Origin: Podarcis cretensis
Taxonomy: Eukaryota
Assembly: GCA_951804945.1 (NCBI GenBank)
Contig: OX638149.1
Location: 23,622,001-23,686,000, forward strand
DNA length: 64,000 nucleotides
Direction of reading: 5' to 3'
The notes under the pieces: generated by a model
The model's database searches: none
What the model was told of the DNA's origin: nothing
Seen by the model: the letters and a program-made list of their open reading frames with translations, nothing else
Made by a program: the position numbers and the translations under genes
Shown here: positions 22,301 to 33,200 of the stretch, piece after piece
How positions within the stretch are numbered: position 1 is the first letter of the stretch
How the letters are laid out: each line of letters opens with the position of its first letter

Positions 22301-25300
22301 CCCCACAAGCTCAGGGGACAGCAAGGAGGCGCAGCGCCGCCATCCTGCTGTTCCTCGACCTGGTTCGGTTTCCCCGACCTGGTTTTGGGGGTGAAATAAA
22401 GGGAAATTTTTTTCCCCTTTATTTCCCCCCCAAAAAAACTAGGTGCGTCCTATGGGACGGAGCATCCTATGGGATGAAAAATACGGTAAATGGTGCCCTC
22501 TCCTTTCAGTTGAATAGCTTTGTCTTCCCATTTGGCTAATTTAGTACTTTCAGTCATTAAAGTGAATTTTGTGTTTTCCATAAATAATTTTAAAGCCTCT
22601 TAAAAAAGACAAAAAACCCAACTGATTGATACTCATGAATATTCCCAAATTGATTTTATCCTATTAAATGTAGGGTCTTTTTTCTGTCTAAATTAAGGAA
22701 GGGCTTCAAACAAAACTGGAAAGCTTACAACCAACGTGTGAAACTGATGCATGTGTGTCGACTCAAGAACAGAACATAGAGTTAAATCAGTTAAGACAAG
22801 ACTTGGAAAGGAAAGAACATGAATTTAATGAAAGTATTGCTGAAAAAGAAACATTAATAGCAGAACTAGAAGAATTGGACAAGCAGAACCAAGAAGCTAC
22901 TCAGGTAATATATTGAATAAACCAAAGGGGTTGGGTGGGTAAGGATATTTATTATCTGTACTGAAATCTAAAACTATTGGCTGAATCACTTTTATCAGTA
23001 TTACTCATCAGTGAATTTGCTTTGTTGTAAAGAGAAATAAATGCAGGTTTTCAGAGAATGTTGGATGGAAGATATTCAAAATGTTAACATTTCCTGTTAA
23101 CATGATCAGAGTAGGCCCATTAAAATTAATGGTCATGACTTAACTTAGGTTCATTCATTTCAGCAGATCTACTCTTGATTAAAAGTTAGTTGAATACAAC
23201 CCTAACTGGTGTTGACATTAATGCTTAATTCAATAACATAATTTCTCTAGTATTTTGAAAAAAACGAATGATGAAGTGATGGTGATTTTTCCACTCTTCA
23301 TGGTGCTTTATGGGTCTGTTTATTTACCATGTATGGGCTTTCTCTACTTTTTTAACATTTGTTTGTGTTTTTATTTTAGCATATGATTATTTTAAAAGAG
23401 CAGCTAGCCAAGCAGAATGCAGAAACCGCTAATACTGTCAACCAGCTAAAAATGGACACAGAGTCTGAGAAAAGAAAAACATCAAAGCTAGAAGCTGAGA
23501 AGCTGGAAATGAGCAAGGAGCTAGAAGGCCAGAGAGAGAAATTGGATCAGTGTACATTTGCACTTAATGATTTGCACATGACTAAACAACACCTGGAAAA
23601 CAAAATAAAAGAGCTAAAAGAACAGCTAAAAACATCCCAGCATTGTAGCTCCAAAAATAAGCAGGAAATAGTGGAATTAAAGAAAAATCTAACACAAAGA
23701 GAAGAAGAAATTTCTGTACTCCAAAATAAGTTAAGCAAGATAAGTCCAGAATCTAACAGTGGAAGTCAAGAATCTAATAGTGGTTTTCACGTTCAATCAG
23801 CCAAAGAAAGGGAAGCGGAAATCTCAAAGCTGAATGAGCAAATTTCAGAAAATAAACTAATAAATACAGACTTGGAGAAATGTATTTCAAAGCTTCAGAT
23901 GGAAAAGGAAAAGCTTCAGATGACTTGTGAAGAACTGAAACAGCAGTTACAGGAAGCTAGTAGTGAGAAGAATAAGATCGCTTTTGAAAAAGATACCACG
24001 GTGGAAGCTTTGAAACTAGAAAAAAGGCGGCTAGAAAATGAACTAAGCCAAACTGAAAGCCAATTGTTGGAACAGGCTCATAAATATGAGCAAACCATTG
24101 AGGAGCTGTCTAATGCACGTAACATGAATACCACAGTGTTACAGTTTGAACACGAACGCTTAGTTAAACTCAACCAAGAGAGAGACTTTGAGATAGCAGA
24201 ACTCAAGAGGAGCATTGAACAGATGGAAGCTGACCATGAGGAAACCAAAGAGATGTTAACGACTAGCTTAGCAGGGCAAAAACAACTGACAGAGCTCATA
24301 AAAGAGAAAGAAGTGTTTGTTGAAAAATTTAAAACCAGGGCTTCTGAACTAGAGCAGCAGCTTGAAGATTATGTTAAGGACTCCAAAAGATTTGACATTT
24401 TAAAACAAAATTTAGAAGAAAAGGAGAAAAGCCTTTCAACCATGAAAGAAGAGAACAATCATTTGAAAGAAGAAATTGAACGAGTGAAAGACCAGCAGAG
24501 TAGGTCATCCTCTTTGGCTGAGCCCAAAACCCTAGATATTATCACTGAACTTGAAGCAGAAGTAACACAATTAACTGTGCATAAAAATAATCTTGAAGAC
24601 GAGGTAAAACTTAACAAAAGAATGGTTGAGGATCAGAATCAGAAAATGGCCCAACTTCAGCATTCCCTGCAGGAGTATAAAAAGGAGACTGAGGAGTCCA
24701 AATTTCAGTGTGAACAAATGAGCATCACACACAAACAGGTGTGCTTGGAAAAGGATGAGGAAATCAAAAGCTTGCAGCGGACAATAGAACAAATTAAAAA
24801 CCAGTTGCATAATCAGAGAACAGTTATTCAGCCAGATCCTCCTGATCTCTTTCAAGAAACCAAAGTCCAGACACTTAATGGTGAAAATGGAAATGAGAAG
24901 CATGACTTATCTAAAGCTGAAATTGAAAGGCTGGTGAAAGGCATCAAGGAGAGAGAAGTGGAGATCAAACTTCTGAATGAAAAGAATGTCTTGCTAAGTA
25001 GACAAATTGATCAGCTATCCAAAGATGAAGTTGGCAAGCTCACACAAATCATCCAAGAGAAAAACTTAGAGATACAAGCTCTCCATGCAAGGGTTTCCTC
25101 TCCATCTTACGGGCAGGATATTATTTACCTTCAGCAGCAATTACAGGCCTATGCCATGGAAAGGGAGCAAGTGCTGGCAGTTCTTAGTGAAAAGACTAGG
25201 GAAAACAGTCAGCTAAGAACAGAATATCACAAGATGATGGACATTGTAGCAGCTAAGGAAGCAGCTCTGAAAAAGCTTCAGGAAGAAAATCAAAAACTAG

Positions 25301-28300
25301 CCAATGAATTTGAAAACAGCAGCCAAGATATGTCCCGAGAAACTATTAAGAACTTGTCCCGGATCATTCGAGAGAAAGATATTGAGATTGATGCTTTAAG
25401 TCAAAAATGCCAAACTTTATTGACCGTCCTCCAGACATCCAGCATGGATGGAGGCAATGAGTTAGGAGGGATTAACAGCAATCAGTTTGAGGAGCTTTTA
25501 CAGGAACGTGATAATTTGAAACAGCAAGTGAAGAAAATGGAAGAGTGGAAGAAACAAGTAATGACCACTGTCCAAAATATGCAACATGAGTCTGCTCATC
25601 TCCAAGAGGAACTGCAAAGGCTTCAAACACAGATCTCCATGGATAGTGAGAACAATTCTCAGCTGCAGATAGAGTATAATGGCTTGATTCAAGGCTATGA
25701 ACAAAATGAGAGAAAGCTGAAAACATTTAGTCAAGAATTAGCACAAGTTCAGCATAGCATAGGAGAGCTGAACAACACCAGGGATTTTATTCTGGGGAAA
25801 CTTGATATGGTAACACCTCCTCTGCCAGTAAAGTCTACCACCGCTTCACAGTCATCAGAGACTTCCAGCAGTGCTGCTTCTCAGATGTTTACTAGTGACT
25901 CCAAACCACTAAATGAGGAACTGGAGCGCATGAGTAAAGCACTGGAAGAAAAAGATTCAACTATCCGAATTCTGCAGGAGAATAATCAGAGGCTGTCTGA
26001 TTCTATGGCTGCATCATCGGAGATGGAAAGAAAGGGTCAAGAGGGGTCTGAATTTGAGATAAAGCACTTGAAGGAGAAGTGTGATGTCCTGCAGAAGTCA
26101 CTTAGGGAAAAAGACCTGCTAATAAAATCAAAAAGTGATCAGTTGCTTTCTCTCAGCGAAAACCTTAGTAATAAAGAGAACGAAAATGAACTGCTGAAGC
26201 AAGGTATAACTAACCTAAAGGAGAGAACTCTGATTTTAGAAATGGACATCCGTAAATTGAAAGAAGAAAATGATAGAATAGTGGCAAAATGCAAGGAGAA
26301 AGAAACCGAGTTCAGAGCGCTACAGGAGACCAACCTGCAGTTCTCAATGATGTTGAAGGAGAAGGAATTTGAGTCTAGTTCCATGAAGGAGAAGGCTTTC
26401 ACGTTTGAAAAACTGTTGAAAGAGAAAGAGCAGGTACGTGATGAGTTGAATTTTTGCTTATTTTGTTCAAGGTCAAAGGGAGAAAGGTGTGATTGCTACT
26501 AAGTCATGCAATGCTTATTTTTGTTATCTGGCGCAGGGTCCCAATTGCATGTGCAAAATTCCAGGAAGGATGTCAGTAGGTTTCTAGACATTCTTGCTTA
26601 AGAAATGTCTATACTTTTGCAGAGGCTGAAAACTAAGGAACATGTTCAGGTCTCCTGAGGAAAAGACCAGTATCAGTTTTTAAATGTCCTTATATTTTAG
26701 AATGTAAAGTTTGTAAATGAGGAAGATGCAAATTCTAGTGAACATCTGATTTACAATGCAATCTTATGCAAGTGTACTCACATGTAAGTCAACAGTGTTC
26801 AGTAGGGGCTTCTGCATAGGTAAGTATTTGTGGGGTTGCCAGCCTTAATTTAATTCTCAAATTTATTACTGTACATCCACATTTATATCCTTTCAAGCCC
26901 CCGGCACAGTGCTGCACCTTTAACATTAAAAGAAGATAGATCTTTAAAATGCAGTAACCTCTTTATTTTTCTTTTTGGAAGGGGAAAGCAGGAGAGCTGA
27001 ACCAGCTGTTAAATGAAGCAAAATCAATGCAGGAGAAGGCTGTTGCTTTTCAGCAAGAGAGAGATAAAGTCATGTTAGCACTGAAGCAGAAACAAATGGA
27101 GACTAGTGCCCTACAGAATGAGGTATGCAAGAGTTGCCAGCCTTTGGGGGCTTGTGGGCATATTTGCAAACTGAACAAACTCTCAGGGATGTCACACCCA
27201 CCCCTAATCCAAGTACACACAGCAACCTGGTCTGTAGGTTGCAGTATAATGCTCCTTGCAGGCATATTTGAGGGTGGGGAGGCAGGGGACTCCGGGCACC
27301 AGGGAAAGTCTCTGTAGAAACGTGGCACCATCAAAGGATGAACATTGAGTGAATGAAAGAGTGGGTAGCTGAGGGTGAATAAGAAAAGCTGAAGCAATGT
27401 GTCCTCAATTAATTACACAGATACAGCATTTACGCGATAAGGAGCAGCGTCTGAATCAAGAACTGGAGCGATTGCGCAATCACCTTTTAGAAAGGGAAGA
27501 CACTTCCACACGGGAAGCTTTAGCAGCTGAGGATCGGGAATCTAAGCTTAAAAAGAAAGTCCAGGTTTTGGAAGAAAAGCTGCAGTTTTCATCAACTGCA
27601 GTGGAGAATGCCAGGTAATAACTTTGCTTCCTTTAGCCTTATTGGTACCCAGAATCCTAGCCAGCAGCTAGTTTTGTTGAAATGTTTTGTCCAGACATCC
27701 TATTGAGATGGGCGATGATGTGAGAACACCCTTGTATGGTTTTGTCCAGAAGTCCTGCTAGCACTTGTGTCTCTTCCTTTGCTCTCGTTCAGAAAGTAAT
27801 TAAAGTGTCAGTATACTACAGCCATCATGCTCAGACTTTTAACGATAACATAGGGCCGGCTCATACATTTTTATCATTCTTATTGTTCCCTCCTTTCTGT
27901 CTGTCTGCCTGCCTTCCCTCCTTCTCTAAAGGCAAAAGGGAATGCTGGTGGTTTCACTTGTTTAACCTGCCCAGAATAAGTTATAATTAGGTTAATGCCT
28001 GAAAAAGGGGAGGTAGGAAGGGGGGAGAGAAATGGTTTGCAAGGGAATTTGAACCAGGGTTGGGTGGAAGTCCTGAAATTTTCAACAAGATCAGGGGTAG
28101 TCATCCTTTTTATACCTACCACCCACTAATGCATCTTTCTTGATGGTAAAATTTTCTTACCGCCCACCAGTGCTCAATGGAAGGAGGATTTAGCTTGTGC
28201 CCTAGAACCCCCTACCACCCACCTAGACTTCTGAAACGCCCACAAGTGGGCGGTAGGGACCAGGTTGACAACCCCTGAACTAGATGGTGCCTCAATAATA

Positions 28301-30248
28301 GGATAATTCATACCTTAACATATGGAGAGTGGTGTTTTATTCTTTAGGGTGGGAGCTGAAGGGCCTTGCTTGATCTATACATGCGGTAAAGCACAAGAAA
28401 GGCTTTAAGTGCTGGAGGCTTTCAGATTAGACAGAGAACATGAAAGAGGTTTTATAAAATGGTGTCAAGAAAATAGAGAGCAAAAGGGGATTTTCCTTCC
28501 TAACACTGGAATTTGCGGCCTGACAATGAAAGTGGTTGGCTGATGGATCAAGATGGATCAAAGAAAGCAACAGATCTCATTTATGGAATACAGTGGTACC
28601 TCAGGTTAAGAACTTAATTCGTTCCGGAGGTCCCTTCTTAACTTGAAACTGTTCTTAACCTGAAGCACCACTTTAGCTAATGGGGCCTCCCACTGCTGCC
28701 GCGCCGCCGGAGCACGATTTCTTTTCTCATCCTGAAGCAAAGTTCTTAACCTGAAGCACTATTTCTGGGTTAGCGGAGTCTGTAACCTGAAGCGTATGTA
28801 ACCCGAGGTACCACTGTACTTGCCGATGGTCACTGGCTAGATGATTTGAAAAGGAGCTAAGTGGAACCTCCATCTTAAGAGGTGAATTGCATCTGACTGC
28901 CGGTTGTTGAGGAGCGTTGTCCCCATACCTGGAAGTTCTCAGCTGGCCACTGAAAGAGGCAGGATGCTAGCCTTTAATGTCCCTCTTGGTTTGATGCAGC
29001 TGAGCTGTTACAGACTTCTCAACTTCCTCGTTCAAATGGCAGGAACATACAAGTGGGGAAGCCCTTGCTTTCTCACTGGCCCTTTAAAATTTTTGTACCT
29101 TTATTTGTATTTTCCATAAAGTTTACAATCAAAACAATCCAAGAAAAGAAAAAACATTGAACTGACAATACACTTGCTTCTTTAGAGGCCAGCTTTGTAT
29201 CTCGTATAATTTATTTAATAAAAGGTAAAGGGACCCCTGACCATTAGGTCCAGTCATGGCCGACTCTGGGGTTGCGGCGCTCATCTCGCTTTATTGGCCG
29301 AGGGAGCCGGCGTACAGCTTCCGGGTCATGTAGCCAGAATGACTAAGCCGCTTCTGGCGAACCAGAGCAGCACACGGAAACGCCGTTTACCTTCCCGTCG
29401 GAGCGGTACCTATTAATCTATTTGCACTTTGAGGTGCTTTCGAACTGCTAGGTTGGCAGGAGCAGGGACCGAGAAACGGGAGCTCACTCCGTCGCAGGGA
29501 TTCGAACTGCCAACCTTCTGATCGGCAAGTCCTAGGCTCTGTGGTTTAACCCACAGCGCCACCCGCGTCCCATCATTTATTTAATATCTGCCTATAAAAA
29601 CTGGCATTTCTGTTGAGTGTGTCACTTTAATCCCTCTTTTCCCCTGGGTTATATTAAGTCTGAAGAGAATGAAAGACCTATATATAACTAGAATTGCTTC
29701 TAGAAGAGAGTAGTTTCAACAAAATTTGATTAACTTTTTAAAACCTTTTTTGAAAGAAAGAAGAAAAGTGTAAACTCTTCTTCCTGCAAAGAATATCTGC
29801 AGGAACTGATTTCATGTTTATATTTTGAAGCCGAGGTGACAACTGCCAAATATCCAGACCCCTGAAAGATCCAGGGGCAGCAGAAGTTAAGGTTGTTTGG
29901 TGTGTGTTTTTAAAATAACCCGGTTGATTTTACATATTTTACTTCAAGCCACCAGGCTAGCATGCAGGTGGAATCCTTGCAAGAACAGCTGAACTTTGTT
30001 ACCAGGCAGAGAGATGAAACTGTCATGCAGCTAACAATTTCCCAGGACCAAGTGAAACAGTATGCTGTGTCCCTGGCCAACCTGCAGATGGTGCTAGAGC
30101 AGTTTCAGCAAGGTAAGTTAACTCCTCCAGAAATAAGAATGCATTCATACTAGCTTATTTAAAAAATATACTTAATAGTATTTTGGTGATAAAACTGAGA
30201 TATTCTCCCAGATATCTGCTCTTCATAATTAGGTTTCTGTTTTTTAAA

Positions 30249-30283
<35 letters not shown>

Positions 30284-33200
30284 AAAGTAAAAGTGTACAT
30301 ATTTTATTTTTAGAAGAGAAAGCTATGTATTCAGCTGAGCTACAGAAACACCAAAGGCAGTCTGAAGAATGGAAGAAAAAAGTAGAGCAACTAGAAGATA
30401 AAGTAGTTTCGTTGCAGGTAATGTTGAAATGGTTCTATAATGCAGCCTCGTTTCTTTTAAATGGCATGGCAAACAACCACAGCAGCAGCGGACAGATGGG
30501 AAAGGGTGGAAGGCAGCAGAAATAAGAAACTAGATCAGTGCTGTAGAAAGGTATGAGGAAATATTGGGGGAAAGGATTTGAGAGAGGAATAGAATCTGCC
30601 TGATCATGTCGTTAAATATTTTCTGCAAGCCAAAACCAACCAAAATTCTTCCCATAGGTGAGGAACATGATTTTTCAAAAGGTGTATGCCTTGAGAGTTT
30701 GCAAATAGGTGGTAGACCTGCAGTAAATCAAAATGCAGTCACAATTTTATATAAATCAAGGGTCAGCCCTGCCATGCAGGTGAAGCGAACTATTTAAGGT
30801 CATCCTCATCCCAGCAGGTGTAGAATACAAGACCCAGAGACCTTAGTAAGATGGCGGAAATTCCGTTCAGCTCTATTAATCACATACGGTAAGAATTCGC
30901 CCATTTTGGTGGCATCACTCAAGGAATATAATGCTTAAAGGAAACTTTAAAAAGCTAGGCCTAAGTTATACTGGTATGCATGTGTTTAATCCATTTGGCT
31001 AGCCTGATTTTAAACTCGTGCTGTATTGATAGCATAGTTATCGCAGTATATGGTTGCTATGGATGATCTACCTCATCTTACAGGAAAACCTGGAGGAAGC
31101 AAACGCAGCATTAGAATCTGCATCAAGGCTAGCAGAGCAGCTGGATCTTAAAGAGGATCAAATTGAGGACCTTAAAAAACAAGGTAACAGAACTTGGTCA
31201 CAATGCACCAAAACCGAAAGATATCTGTGTTGGCTTATAAGAAAAATTATAAAATCCATTTTGGTGGCAGTGCCTTTTACTAAGCTGACATAAATGTCAC
31301 AAAACAGTGTGCAAGCTTTCGAGACCTCCAAAATTCTTCATCAGACTAGATTGTAAACAGGAGGCCTTGGTGAAAACTGAAGCCTGCATAACACCAACAG
31401 AGCCTCATTTGAATGTCTGCTTCCTTCTCTCACATTCCATTAACACTGTAGCTCCACCGGTGTGTTGGACTCTGCTGCATGCAATGGAGCTTCTTCATCT
31501 TTTGTCCCCTTCAACCTCCCTTGCACCCTCAAAATCAGCTCTAGAGGGTTAGGGGACCCCCTGGAGCAGATTTGGGGTGGGGGAAAAGGAAATGTCAATC
31601 TTCTTGTACCAGTGGAACTCCACTGGTGCAGCATTGGATGCAGCCCTTAGGCTTTTGCCAAATGCAGACAAGTGGTTTCACCCCCTCCTCACCAGTTTTT
31701 ATTCTGCATCTCTGGAGATACTAAAGCCAGCTGCTTACCGGGTCTCTCTCCGTCGTAAGGTAAAACACACAGGTTCCAGAGCTAGTGGGAGAAAGAACAA
31801 ATACAAGCTAGGCAAAAGTAGATCAATTTTTGGTGGTGTACTAGATGGTGGCTGTTGTCTTTGTCCATGGAGTTTTCTTGGCAGGGATACTGGAGTGGCT
31901 TGCCGGTTCCTGCTCCAGGTGGATCACGTTTGGTCAAAACTCTCCACTATGACCTGTCCATCTTGGGTGGCCCTGCACGGCATAGCTCATAGCTTCTCTG
32001 AGTTATTCAAGTCCCTTCGCCACGACAAGGCAGTGATCCATGAAGGGGCCAGAGGATTGGAGAAGATCAGTCTACATCCCAATCCCCAAGAAGGGCAGTG
32101 TCAAAGAATGCTCTAACTACCGCACAATTGCACTCATTTCACATGCTAGCAAGGTTATGCTTGAAATTCTACAAGGCAGGCTTAAGCAGTATGTGGACCG
32201 AGAACTTCCAGAAGTGCAAGCTGGATTTCGAAGGGGCAGAGGAACCAGAGACCAAATTGCAAACATGCGCTGGATTATGGAGAAAGCTAGAGAGTTCCAG
32301 AAAGACATCTACTTCTGCTTCATTGACTATGCAAAAGCCTTTGACTGTGTCGACCACAGCAAACTATGGCAAGTTCTTAAAGAAATGGGAGTGCCTGATC
32401 ACCTCATTTGTCTCCTGAGAAATCTATGTGGGACAAGAAGCTACAGTTAGAACTGGATATGGAACAACTGATTGGTTCAAAATTGGGAAAGGAGTACGAC
32501 AAGGCTGTATATTGTCTCCCTGCTTATTTAACTTATATGCAGAATTCATCATGTGAAAGGCTGGGCTGGATGAATCCCAAGCTGGAATTAAGATTGCCGG
32601 AAGACATATCAACTACCTCAGATATGCAGATGGCACAACCTTGATGGCAGAAAGTGAGGAGGAATTAAAGAACCTTTTAATGAGGGTGAAAGAGGAGAGC
32701 GCAAAATATGGTCTGAAGCTCAACATCAAAAAAACTAAGATCATGGCCACTGGTCCCATCACCTCCTGGCAAATAGAAGGGGAAGAAATGGAGGCAGTGA
32801 GAGATTTTACTTTCTTGGGCTCCATGATCACTGCAGATGGTGATAGCAGTCATGAAATTAAAAGATGCCTGCTTCTTGTGAGAAAAGCAATGACAAACCT
32901 AGACAGCATCTTAAAAGCAGAGACATCACCTTGCCGACAAAGGTCTGTATAGTTAAAGTAGTGATGTATGGAAGTGAGAACTGAACCATAAAGAAGGCTG
33001 ATCTTCAAAGAATTGATGTTTTTGAATTATGGTGCTGGAGGAGACTCTTGAGAGTCCCAAGGCCTGCAAGAAGATCAAACCTATCAATTTTTAAGGAAAT
33101 CAGCCCTGAGTGCTCACTGGAAGGACAGATCCTGAAGCTGAGGCTCCAATACTTTGGCCACCTCATGAGAAGAGATGACTCCCTGGAAAAGACCCTGATG

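Noticed and set aside
23547-26402. Several minus-strand ORFs rich in Ser/Phe/Leu
   Set aside because: Antisense shadows of the Glu/Lys/Gln-rich coiled-coil exon.
23383-26502. 1039-aa ORF as a stand-alone single-exon gene (SMC/myosin-like)
   Set aside because: It is the internal giant exon of TRIP11, with a splice acceptor at 23379 and a donor at 26434; the last ~22 codons are intron.
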